Below are positions 38,812-48,342 of a stretch of 64,000 bases of DNA, one piece after another. The stretch spans positions 1,216,001-1,280,000 of the forward strand of contig OY776510.1 of assembly GCA_963675665.1 (NCBI GenBank). Reading direction: 5' to 3'. Within the stretch, counting starts at the first letter, position 1; every line of letters begins with the position of its first letter. The notes under the pieces were generated by a model. It was given only the letters and a program-made list of their open reading frames with translations, was not told where the DNA came from and searched no databases. The DNA is from Spirochaetia bacterium. Lineage in GTDB: Bacteria; Spirochaetota; Spirochaetia; UBA9216. The translations under genes were made by a program, and so were the position numbers.

Positions 38812-38926
38812 ACCGGCTCCTTTATATTTGATGTTTTGAATATAAGAAAATTTACAAGGGTTGAGGTTAGAAGAATGTAAATTGCATGTAAATTATGTAA
38901 ATACGAATCTAAGGCGATCCGGAGAT

Positions 38927-40015
38927 TTATTTGACTGTCTTTACATTGTTACGGCCGCTTGTTTTTGCCATGTACAGGGCCTTATCGGCATTCCGGAGAA
39001 TCTGATCAAAACTCTCTGATTTATTATTTGAACATGATATCCCGATGCTGACGGTAATATGAAGCAAGAGATCTTTATTTATTATAAAATCATTTTGTTC
39101 TATTCTTTCTCTTAATTTTTCAGCAACCCTGCAGCTGCATGCTGATTCGGAATCCTTTATTATTACAACAAATTCCTCACCACCGTATCGGGCCAGAATA
39201 TCATTCTGCCTGATGTTCTTGTGAAGCAGTTCCGTCAGCAATACGAGGACTGTGTCTCCTGCCGGGTGGCCGTATGTATCATTTACTTTTTTGAAATAAT
39301 CAACGTCAATTAATAACAGCGTGAAATCCCTGTTGTATTTCAGGCAAAACCGGAAAAGAAGATCCCCCTCGCGAAATAAGGTTCTGCGGTTATAGATTTG
39401 TGTAAGGCTGTCGGTGTTTGCCAGCAGTTGAAGTTCACGGTGGGTTCTGGATAAATTTGTTGCATAAAAATAAAAAACAATGAATATGGTGGGGATTGTT
39501 GACAGAAGCAGCAAGATGTTAAACAGTCTGATTATTAAAGGGGTTACGGCTATGGCAGATTCATGAAAATGTACCTGGTCGTTTAAGAACAGCATTGCTA
39601 TAGCAAGTATATTAACGCCTATAAGCATTTTTCGTTCTTTTGGAATCTGGAAATCATATGTGAAGAACGATATCGGCGCTACCAGGAAAAGGAAATAACT
39701 AAAATGTATTTCTGCGGGAAACCAGATGAAGATTAGAAAATATACCTGAAGGAAAAAGCCTGAAAACAGAATTAGCCTGGCTGCATCAAATTTTTTAAGT
39801 TTCAGAAGCAGAAAAACGAATAACATTGCCAGCAGATAAAAAAATGTTTCCAGAACTGTTTTGAAAGGAAGTCTAAAAAGAATAAACAGGAACAGAAATA
39901 TAAATATGCAGCCTGTACTGAATATATTAACAATATATGTGAATCTGTACCGGATTTCCAGATCCCGGCTGTATCCCAGGAATGATATTATTGATTTCAT
40001 TTTTCCGTCATTCAT
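38927..40015 (-). CDS. Membrane-bound diguanylate cyclase
   Basis: N-terminal TM helices; DVDYFKKVND, I-site RQND and GGEEF. Confidence 0.93.
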   Translation of the reverse strand: MNDGKMKSIISFLGYSRDLEIRYRFTYIVNIFSTGCIFIFLFLFILFRLPFKTVLETFFYLLAMLFVFLLLKLKKFDAARLILFSGFFLQVYFLIFIWFPAEIHFSYFLFLVAPISFFTYDFQIPKERKMLIGVNILAIAMLFLNDQVHFHESAIAVTPLIIRLFNILLLLSTIPTIFIVFYFYATNLSRTHRELQLLANTDSLTQIYNRRTLFREGDLLFRFCLKYNRDFTLLLIDVDYFKKVNDTYGHPAGDTVLVLLTELLHKNIRQNDILARYGGEEFVVIIKDSESACSCRVAEKLRERIEQNDFIINKDLLLHITVSIGISCSNNKSESFDQILRNADKALYMAKTSGRNNVKTVK

Positions 40016-40139
40016 TCATTTAAAAGAGTAGTAGAAAGAATTTTGCATTGCAAGAGATACGACAAATATATTTCGAAATACCAGCTAATTAAACATTCCC
40101 GGTTTATATTTTGATGAAAGCATGCTGCCGTTTTTACGA

Positions 40140-41009
40140 CTAAAGCTCTCCAGTCTTCGGGATGGACTCTGCAGCGCCGAGACGGGTACAGGTTATGGCG
40201 GCGGCATGTGCAGCCCTCATCAGGACGGTTTCCGTTTCTTCCCCTGCGGCAAGTCCTGCAAGCAGGTAGCCTATAAAGGTATCGCCGGCAGCTGTTGTGT
40301 CTACCGCTTCTATTTTCTCGGCCGGAACCACGATTGTTTCGTTTCGGTAACGGTAATGAACCCCTTGTGCCCCCAGGGTCAGCACAAGCTGTGATTCGGG
40401 ATAAAGCCGTGCGAACGCCTCCGCGATTTTCCGGGGTTCCGATTTTCCTGTAAAGCCTTCGCCTTCTATTTCATTAACGATAAAAATGCTTATTTTTTCA
40501 AGCGGCAGGTTGAGAACTGATTTTTCCATCGGTGCAGGGTTGAGCACAATTATCATTCCCTTGTCGTGAGCGGCGTCGATTATATGCTCAGGGTTGTTTA
40601 TCTCATTCTGGAGAAGCAGGAAATCGCCCTCTTTAAAGGGGGCAAGCATTCTTTTAATGTCGTCTTCCGTAAAGCTGTGATTGGCGCCTTTGAAAAGTAT
40701 AATGCAGTTCTCCCCTTCGGGAACCACCTGGATAATCGCACGGCCTGTGGGGACTTCTCCGATTCTGACCAGCGAGGTGTCGGCGCCGGCGGCATCAAGA
40801 CGCTCTTTAAGAAACAAGCCGTCTTTTCCGATTATCCCGGCGTGGTAGACATCAGCTCCGGCATGAGCCAGGGCGATTGACTGGTTAAGACCCTTTCCGC
40901 CGCTGAACTGGTTATATTCAGTACTGCTGAGGGTTTCTCCCGCCCGTACAAAATGATCTACAGAGTAAACATCATCAATATTAAGTGATCCGATATTAAG
41001 TATTCTCAT
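40140..41009 (-). CDS. rbsK: Ribokinase (PfkB family)
   Basis: GSLNID, GGKGLNQ, LLQNE, NPAP, NEIE and DTTAAGDTF. Confidence 0.88.
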   Translation of the reverse strand: MRILNIGSLNIDDVYSVDHFVRAGETLSSTEYNQFSGGKGLNQSIALAHAGADVYHAGIIGKDGLFLKERLDAAGADTSLVRIGEVPTGRAIIQVVPEGENCIILFKGANHSFTEDDIKRMLAPFKEGDFLLLQNEINNPEHIIDAAHDKGMIIVLNPAPMEKSVLNLPLEKISIFIVNEIEGEGFTGKSEPRKIAEAFARLYPESQLVLTLGAQGVHYRYRNETIVVPAEKIEAVDTTAAGDTFIGYLLAGLAAGEETETVLMRAAHAAAITCTRLGAAESIPKTGEL

Positions 41010-41086
41010 TCTTTTTCTCCCCACGAAAGTTTAGCATATGGAAGAAAAAACAGGAAGTACAGCCAATAATCGACCGTATTGTTGAT

Positions 41087-41119
41087 AAAAAATCCCCGCA
41101 GCCGGGCAGACTGCAGGGA
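41087..41119 (-). terminator. Intrinsic terminator after gltD
   Basis: tccccgcag/ctgcaggga imperfect stem plus an A6 run (U-tract on the minus strand). Confidence 0.6.
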
Positions 41120-41148
41120 GGTAAATAATCATGTATTCTGTTTTGAAT

Positions 41149-42591
41149 TTAAACGTTTGTCTGGTTGTTCATCAGGTATTCGTGCATGGTTTCAGCCGCT
41201 ATTGTGCCCGAATTCATTGCCCTGACTACAAGGGACGCTCCGGAAGCAGCATCGCCTGCTGCGAAAACTCCCGGTATGGATGTTTCGCCCCTGGCGTTTG
41301 TTTCAATATTGCCCCTGGGATCCATTTTGGGATCAAGCGCTTTTATCAGGTCGCCGCCTTCAAGATGTACAAACCCGGCTGCAATTAGTACCAAATCCAC
41401 CGGTATTTCGAATTCACTTCCGGGAATTTCTTTCATCTCCATTCTTCCATTGAACTTGTTTCGTCCCCATTCAACCCTTGCAAGATAGGCTTTCTGGACG
41501 TCAACTCCCATTCCTGTGAAATAGGATGTTGCAATATTCCATTCACGTTCGCAGCCTTCCTCATGAGAACTGGAGGTCCGCAGGATGTTCGGCCAGTCCG
41601 GCCATGACGGATTAGTCGGTTCCACCCATTCAAGAGGTTTCGGCATGATTTCTATCTGCTTTACCGAACGGGCTCCCTGTCGTATTGCTGTGCCTACACA
41701 GTCGGAGCCGGTATCGCCTCCGCCTATAACCAGAACACGTTTATCTTTTGCCGATATTATTTCGCCGAAATCAAAGTCTCCCTCGCAGTATTTATTTGAC
41801 TGGGTCAGGTATTCCATTGCGAAATGAATTCCCTCAAGGCCTCTTCCTCCGGCGGGAATGTCGCGCGGTTTGCCTGCTCCTACTGCAATCAGGATGGAGT
41901 CGAATGAGCGCTGAAGGTAAACGGCGGAGATGTCTTCCCCTATGGAAACCTCTGTTTCGAACTGGATTCCTTCAGCCTTCATTATCTCAAGGCGCCGGTC
42001 GATTATTTTTTTCTCAAGTTTGAACTCCGGGATGCCGTAGCGCATCAGTCCGCCGATACGATCCGATTTTTCAAATACTGTTACAGCATGGCCGTGTTTT
42101 CTGAGGTATGAAGCAGCAGACAGTCCGGCGGGACCGGAGCCGACAATCGCAACCCTTTTGCCGCTTTCGTATTTCGGCGGTTCAGGTTCTACCCAGCCTT
42201 CGGTGAAAGCTTTCTCAATTATCGCCAGTTCGATTTCCTGGATTGCCACAGGCGCGCTGTTTATTGACATTGTGCATGATTTTTCACAGGGCGCCGGACA
42301 GATTCTTCCGGTAATCTCGGGAAAAGTCGAGGTTGCCGCAAGCCGATCATATGCAGTTTTCCACTGCCCCTTGTAGACAAGATCATTCCATTCCGGTATG
42401 AGGTTTCCCAACGGGCAGCCCATGGCATGACAGTAGGGAATTCCGCAGTCCATACAGCGCGCGCCCTGGGATTCAAGTTCCTTATGCCCGGGCCTGATTG
42501 TGAATTCGTTATAATGTTTTATCCGGTTTTCCGCCGGTTCATATTTCTTTCCTATTCTCTTTATTTCAAGAAATCCTCTATTGCTTCCCAT
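41149..42591 (-). CDS. gltD: Glutamate synthase small subunit
   Basis: RCMDCGIPYC...CP, GRICPAPCE, GSGPAG, GGGDTG.DC and SLVVRA. Confidence 0.95.
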   Translation of the reverse strand: MGSNRGFLEIKRIGKKYEPAENRIKHYNEFTIRPGHKELESQGARCMDCGIPYCHAMGCPLGNLIPEWNDLVYKGQWKTAYDRLAATSTFPEITGRICPAPCEKSCTMSINSAPVAIQEIELAIIEKAFTEGWVEPEPPKYESGKRVAIVGSGPAGLSAASYLRKHGHAVTVFEKSDRIGGLMRYGIPEFKLEKKIIDRRLEIMKAEGIQFETEVSIGEDISAVYLQRSFDSILIAVGAGKPRDIPAGGRGLEGIHFAMEYLTQSNKYCEGDFDFGEIISAKDKRVLVIGGGDTGSDCVGTAIRQGARSVKQIEIMPKPLEWVEPTNPSWPDWPNILRTSSSHEEGCEREWNIATSYFTGMGVDVQKAYLARVEWGRNKFNGRMEMKEIPGSEFEIPVDLVLIAAGFVHLEGGDLIKALDPKMDPRGNIETNARGETSIPGVFAAGDAASGASLVVRAMNSGTIAAETMHEYLMNNQTNV

Positions 42592-45500
42592 TATTCCTCA
42601 CTCCCCTTTAGCGGTATTACCTTGACAAATGCCGGCGACATTTCCACCCAGTCTTCAATAATTTTGGATGCATATTTACTGCCTGTAAGTTTGATGTGTT
42701 TTTCTATAAGAGCTTTAAGATCTTCCAGTTCTTCAGTTCCTGACATCGGTTCCACATTGACCATTTCCAGGTTACACTTTGTATCGAAAAGCTGATCCTC
42801 ATCGAGTACGTAGGCTACGCCGCCGCTCATGCCTGCGGCAAAATTAAGTCCCGTTTTCCCGAGAACGACAACCTTTCCTCCGGTCATGTATTCACAGCCG
42901 TGATCACCGACTCCTTCTACTACCGCAGTAACGCCGCTGTTTCTGACGGCAAAACGTTCACCGGCCATTCCGCTGATGAAAACCTCTCCGTCGGTTGCTC
43001 CGAAAAGATTAACATTGCCGGTTATAATGTTGTTCTGGGAACGGAAAATGGATTCTTTCGGGGGATATATAATAAGTTGTCCTCCCGACAGGCCTTTTCC
43101 GAGGTAATCGTTAGCGGTTCCCGAAAGTTCGAACCGTATGCCCGGAGCCAGAAATGCTCCGAAACTCTGCCCGGCGTGTCCGCTGAATTTGCAGTGAATG
43201 CTGTTTTCCGGCAGGCCCTCATGGGAATATTTGTTTGAAACCCGGCAGCTGAGTGTTGCTCCGGCCGAGCGGTCCGTATTTCTGATGACAGATTCAATCA
43301 CGACTGATTTTTTACCGCCGTTTATTACTTCTTTCGCCTGGTTAAGCAGCATCGAGTCTATATGCGAATCAAGGTTGATTTTGTTGTCCGCCGTGCAGAG
43401 ATATTCGTCCCGCGAAGCGGCTTCGGGTTTATGAAGTACTGCTGTAAGATCAATTCCTCTTGCTTTCCATGTTTCGATTGCATCATTCATTTCAAGCATT
43501 TCGGTTCTGCCGACCAGCTCATCGATGGTTCTGATGCCGAGCGACGCCATAATCTCCCTGGTTTCCTCAGCGACGAACATCATGTAATTCATGAGATGTT
43601 CCGGTTTGCCGGCAAAGCGTTTTCTGAGTTCGGGGTCCTGGGTTGCAACTCCGACAGGGCAGGTATTTTTATGACATTTTCTCATCATAACGCAGCCGAG
43701 GGTTACAAGTGAGGCCGTTCCGAAACCGAATTCCTCGGCGCCGAGCATTGCAGCAATAACTATATCCCTTCCGGTTCTCATCTGTCCGTCGGTTTGAAGC
43801 CTGACGTTTTTACGAAGACCGTTCATAACAAGGGTCTGCTGTGTTTCGGCAAGTCCGAGCTCCCAGGGCATGCCTGCATACTTGATGGAAGATATCGGGG
43901 ACGCACCGGTGCCGCCGTCGCCGCCGCTGATAAGGATCATGTCGGCTTTTCCTTTTGCCACTCCGGCCGCTATTGTTCCGACACCTGCCTCGGATACAAG
44001 TTTGACTGAAACCCTGGCTTCGGGGTTTCCGCATTTAAGATCATAGATAAGCTGGGCCAAATCTTCTATCGAGTATATGTCGTGGTGGGGCGGCGGAGAA
44101 ATCAGTGTTGTTCCAGGATTTGCATGCCGGGTTTTTCCGATAAACTCGTCAACCTTGTATCCCGGCAACTGACCGCCTTCGCCGGGTTTTGCTCCCTGTG
44201 CAATCTTGATTTGGAGCTCGCGGGCTTTTGAAAGATAATTGCTTGTAACCCCGAACCGTGCCGATGCAATCTGTTTTACCTTGCCGTTCATGGAGTCGCC
44301 GTTTTCAAGCGGGGTGTAACGTTCGATATTTTCTCCGCCTTCTCCGGAATTGCTCATTCCTCCAAGCCTGTTCATTGCAATTGCTATTGTTTCATGAGCT
44401 TCACGGCTGATCGAACCCAGCGACATTGCGGACGAAACAAAGCGTTTAACAATTTCTGATGCAGGTTCAACCTGGTCTATATCGATTGGTTCTGTCTGCC
44501 TGAATTTAAACAGGCTTCGCAGGGTGCATAGTTTTTCGGATGTATTATTTATATCAGCGCTGAACTTACCGTATGCTTCAGCGTCATTGTTCCTGGCGGC
44601 ACGCTGCATATTTACAACAGCTTCAGGAGTCATCAGGTGTTTTTCCGAGAATTTTCTGTAATGAAGTTTTCCTCCCGAGGGAATTATTCCCCGGTTGAGT
44701 TCTGCCGATTCGTTAAAAACGCCCTTGTGTCTCGAAAGAGTGTCCAGGGCAAGTTTTTCAAGACCGATACCGCCGATGCGAGACGCGGTTCCGCTGAAAT
44801 ATTTGTCCACAAACGAACTTTCCAGCCCGATAGCCTCGAAAAGCTGGGAGCCCCGGTATGAACGGAGCGTTGAAACCCCCATTTTGGAGAGTATTTTCAG
44901 CAGGCCGGTTTTACATGCCCTGATATAATTTTCGGCGGCTGTTTCAAGTTTCAAGTCTGCCGAAATAGTTCCCTGATCCTGTAGCTGCGGAAGGCTTTCG
45001 AAAACAAGATAGGGGTTTATGGCGCTTACACCGTAGCCGAGCAGCAGCGCCATATGCATTACATCGCGGGCTTCTCCTGTTTCAATAAATAATCCGGCTA
45101 TCTGGCGCAGTTTTGCATCGACAAGTGCGTGGTGTACTGCGGAAACTGCAAGCAGGGACGGAATCGGAGCATTTTCGGGGGTAATGTTCCTGTCCGAAAG
45201 GATTATAAAGGTACGGCCCTCTTTTACTTTATCTATAGCTTCAGAACAGATCCGATCAAGCGCTTTCTCCAGTTCGGCGCTTCCGCCCGCGGCAGGATAA
45301 ACCGCCTCTATAACTGCAGAGGACATTCCCTGCATATCGACTACTTTCAGTCTTCTTATATCATCGTTAGACAATATGGGATGCTGAAGTTTGAGCATGT
45401 GGCAATGTTCGCTTGTTTCAGTCAGCAGGTTTCCTTCCCGGCCGATATAGCTCATAAGGCTCATAACGAGGTGTTCCCTGTAGGGATCAATTGGGGGGTT

Positions 45501-47060
45501 AGTTACCTGTGCGAACAGCTGCTTGAAGTAATCAAAAAGCAGTGTTGATCTGTTTGAAAGAATTGCAAGAGCCTCATCGTTTCCCATTGAGCTTAGAGGT
45601 TCTTTTCCATCGGTTGCCATTGGCGCAATTATTTTTGTCAGTTCTTCATGACTAATTCCGAAAACCTTTTGCATGTTTTTTATTGTGTCCGGGTCCGTTT
45701 CCGTAATTTCCGGAACCTGGAACAGGCCGCGCAGTTCTATCCGGTTTTCTTCAAGCCACCTTCGGTAAGGCTTGGAGCGGCATATTTCAGATTTGATTTC
45801 ATTATCATATTTAACGCGGCCGGAAGAAATGTCGACCATCAGCATCTTGCCGGGAGCCAGTCGTCCGTGTTTGAGAACATCTGCCGGATTTATATCAAGA
45901 ACACCTGATTCGGAAGCAAGAACAAACCGGCCCTGCCTGGTAAGCGTCCAGCGGGCGGGACGAAGACCGTTTCGATCAAGCGACGCCCCGATTTTTTCAC
46001 CGTCTGTAAAGACTATGGCTGCGGGACCGTCCCACGGCGCCATAATTGCAGAGTGATATTCATAAAATGCGCGTCTGTCCTGGCTGATGTGGTACGACTG
46101 CCCGAAGGCTTCCGGCATCATCATCATTGCGGAGTGCTCAATGCTTCGGCCTGACGACATGAGCAGTTCAAGCACCGCATCGAAATTGGCCGAATCCGAC
46201 AGGCTGCTGTTTGTAACCGGCAGCAATTTCTTTAAATCGTTTCCGAATTCATTTGAATACAGATTCAGTTCATGCGCATGCATACGGTTCAGGTTCCCTT
46301 TAAGGGTGTTGATTTCGCCGTTGTGTGCAATACAGCGAAAAGGCTGGGCCAGTATCCATGACGGAAAAGTATTTGTGCTGTAGCGCTGATGGACTATTGC
46401 AAAAGCCGACTTGAAATTGTCGCAGCGGAGATCATCATAGAAGGCTTCAAGCTGGGGCGCTACGAACATACCCTTGTATACTATGGTGCGGCATGATAAT
46501 GAAGCCGTATATACATCTTCAAGCGAGAAGTGGGCGTCTGCAGCCTTGCTGTCGATTACCTTGCGGATTACATATAGTCTGCGTTCCAGTTCTTTTCCGG
46601 AAGCGCTGCCGCATGTTATAAACGCCTGTTTTACATCCGGGCGCGAAGCCTCGGCATTTTTTCCAAGACAGGACGGGTTAACCGGCACATCGCGCCATCC
46701 GAGGATCTTTGCGCCGTTTTCGGAGCAGGCTTTTTCTATCAGTGTAACCGCATCCTTGTTCTGTTCGGGATCAAGCGGAAGAAAGAACATGCCTATTCCG
46801 TATTTCCCGTTTTCCGGCAGACTGATTTTCAGTTTCCGGCATTCATCTCTGAAAAAGGCGAACGGAATCTGAAAAAGAATTCCTGCTCCGTCCCCGGTAT
46901 TATCGTTTGTCTCGGCGCCTCTGTGAACAAGTTTTTTTAAAATCGTTAAACCGTCAACAATTATCTGGTGTTCAGGTTCGCCGGAAATGTTGGCTGTAAA
47001 GCCGATGCCGCAGGCATCATGTTCAAATGAGGGGTCGTACAGGCCCTGTTTTTGCTGCAT
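42591..47060 (-). CDS. gltB: Glutamate synthase large subunit
   Basis: EHDACGIGF, HQRYSTNT, AHNGEINT, QGAKPGEGGQL and CVMMRKCH...C; start probably at 47060. Confidence 0.97.
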   Translation of the reverse strand: MQQKQGLYDPSFEHDACGIGFTANISGEPEHQIIVDGLTILKKLVHRGAETNDNTGDGAGILFQIPFAFFRDECRKLKISLPENGKYGIGMFFLPLDPEQNKDAVTLIEKACSENGAKILGWRDVPVNPSCLGKNAEASRPDVKQAFITCGSASGKELERRLYVIRKVIDSKAADAHFSLEDVYTASLSCRTIVYKGMFVAPQLEAFYDDLRCDNFKSAFAIVHQRYSTNTFPSWILAQPFRCIAHNGEINTLKGNLNRMHAHELNLYSNEFGNDLKKLLPVTNSSLSDSANFDAVLELLMSSGRSIEHSAMMMMPEAFGQSYHISQDRRAFYEYHSAIMAPWDGPAAIVFTDGEKIGASLDRNGLRPARWTLTRQGRFVLASESGVLDINPADVLKHGRLAPGKMLMVDISSGRVKYDNEIKSEICRSKPYRRWLEENRIELRGLFQVPEITETDPDTIKNMQKVFGISHEELTKIIAPMATDGKEPLSSMGNDEALAILSNRSTLLFDYFKQLFAQVTNPPIDPYREHLVMSLMSYIGREGNLLTETSEHCHMLKLQHPILSNDDIRRLKVVDMQGMSSAVIEAVYPAAGGSAELEKALDRICSEAIDKVKEGRTFIILSDRNITPENAPIPSLLAVSAVHHALVDAKLRQIAGLFIETGEARDVMHMALLLGYGVSAINPYLVFESLPQLQDQGTISADLKLETAAENYIRACKTGLLKILSKMGVSTLRSYRGSQLFEAIGLESSFVDKYFSGTASRIGGIGLEKLALDTLSRHKGVFNESAELNRGIIPSGGKLHYRKFSEKHLMTPEAVVNMQRAARNNDAEAYGKFSADINNTSEKLCTLRSLFKFRQTEPIDIDQVEPASEIVKRFVSSAMSLGSISREAHETIAIAMNRLGGMSNSGEGGENIERYTPLENGDSMNGKVKQIASARFGVTSNYLSKARELQIKIAQGAKPGEGGQLPGYKVDEFIGKTRHANPGTTLISPPPHHDIYSIEDLAQLIYDLKCGNPEARVSVKLVSEAGVGTIAAGVAKGKADMILISGGDGGTGASPISSIKYAGMPWELGLAETQQTLVMNGLRKNVRLQTDGQMRTGRDIVIAAMLGAEEFGFGTASLVTLGCVMMRKCHKNTCPVGVATQDPELRKRFAGKPEHLMNYMMFVAEETREIMASLGIRTIDELVGRTEMLEMNDAIETWKARGIDLTAVLHKPEAASRDEYLCTADNKINLDSHIDSMLLNQAKEVINGGKKSVVIESVIRNTDRSAGATLSCRVSNKYSHEGLPENSIHCKFSGHAGQSFGAFLAPGIRFELSGTANDYLGKGLSGGQLIIYPPKESIFRSQNNIITGNVNLFGATDGEVFISGMAGERFAVRNSGVTAVVEGVGDHGCEYMTGGKVVVLGKTGLNFAAGMSGGVAYVLDEDQLFDTKCNLEMVNVEPMSGTEELEDLKALIEKHIKLTGSKYASKIIEDWVEMSPAFVKVIPLKGSEE

Positions 47061-47088
47061 AGAAAACTCCCGATTGTCATCTTCATAT

Positions 47089-47110
47089 TTGTGGCAACAT
47101 ATTGCCACAA
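47089..47110. promoter_or_regulatory. Putative NrpR operator in the gltB promoter
   Basis: Perfect inverted repeat ttgtggcaa-cata-ttgccacaa (core GGCA-N6-TGCC); an extra half-site lies at about 47152-47161. Confidence 0.65.
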
Positions 47111-47195
47111 TAAGTATTGCAAGTCAATGATTACGGGGTTAAATTTATGAATTTGTGGCAATATTACCTAATAAATTTGAGAAAAAACATTAAAA

Positions 47196-48203
47196 CTAGC
47201 GATAAAGCTGTATTCTGGAAGGAAGTGAAGTGAAGTGAAATAAGGAACTGTAGTCGGCGAGGTTGCTTACTGCATGAGAAACGACATCGAGTTTGTTTTC
47301 AATCAGGGCTGAGACCGGGTTCAGCCCTCCGAGAGCAATACAACCGGCACGGCCTACGTTTATGGGTATTTCCAGCAGGGAATGTTCCGGATATCCGAAT
47401 TTCAGAACATTGCCGAGGCCGAGTTTTTCCATTCTGCCGGCAATCCGTACAGCCTGCCGCCGCGCCTCCGAAGGTATCTCGAAAAAATTTGCCCCGATAC
47501 GGCCGGTTCCGGAACCTACAATATCCAAAAGATTCGTCATCCTGCTCTGGGTGAATATTTCAAGCGGATCTATGCTTGTTCCGTCGTAGTTAATAATTTC
47601 TACGAAACGGACAGGATCTCCGTTTTCTATCTGAAGGAGCCCGCCGAAACGTGAATTAACGGGAATACCGCTTTTGGTTAAAACCCCGTTTAATGTGAAT
47701 GAGCATACTGTTCCGAGTCCGATGCACCCTTCCGGTACGGAAAGGTTTCCGGTGAGCTCTCCCTCTTTGTATAAATTTACCATCTGTCCCATTGAGTAGC
47801 CGGTTTTAAATACGGAAATCAGAATCTCTGTTGCCTTGTCAATGTCCTTTTTTTTGATGTAACTGATGTTGACGATGACCGGGCCTTTCTGACTACGTAT
47901 ATCGAAATTCATCCGCCAGGCCATCTGTTCTATTCTTGTATTGAGAAAACCTACCTTTTCAAATACTCTTGAAGCTTCAAGTTCGCGAATTCCCTTGGCT
48001 GTAATAAACCTGCCGTGTTTCTCGGAATATTCAGTCAGGCCCTCCTCGTCCATGGATTTCAGGTGATGTCTGATTGTGCGCGGACTTATATCATATCCAA
48101 TGTCCAGCAGTTCATCCGTAATGGTCTTGCTGGCAAGCGGTTCGCCGGCATCTCTGAGAACCCTGAGTATTGCAAGCCGTTTTTTCTCAATACGTTCCTT
48201 CAT
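47196..48203 (-). CDS. nrpR: NrpR-family nitrogen repressor (wHTH + one NRD domain)
   Basis: RTIRHHL..MD.EG, IT.KG..EL, TVCS.TLNGVL, Y.GTSIDPLE and GGLNP motifs. Confidence 0.88.
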   Translation of the reverse strand: MKERIEKKRLAILRVLRDAGEPLASKTITDELLDIGYDISPRTIRHHLKSMDEEGLTEYSEKHGRFITAKGIRELEASRVFEKVGFLNTRIEQMAWRMNFDIRSQKGPVIVNISYIKKKDIDKATEILISVFKTGYSMGQMVNLYKEGELTGNLSVPEGCIGLGTVCSFTLNGVLTKSGIPVNSRFGGLLQIENGDPVRFVEIINYDGTSIDPLEIFTQSRMTNLLDIVGSGTGRIGANFFEIPSEARRQAVRIAGRMEKLGLGNVLKFGYPEHSLLEIPINVGRAGCIALGGLNPVSALIENKLDVVSHAVSNLADYSSLFHFTSLPSRIQLYR

Positions 48204-48342
48204 CTATGTTTCTAGTTACACTAGATTGCTGCTGTTGTAAAGTAAAAAAATCTGTTTTAACAGCTGATACTCTTAACTTTATCAGGAAAAAAAATTATAT
48301 TCATTATTGAGCTACATAAATGTAGGAATATGGAGAGAAAAA

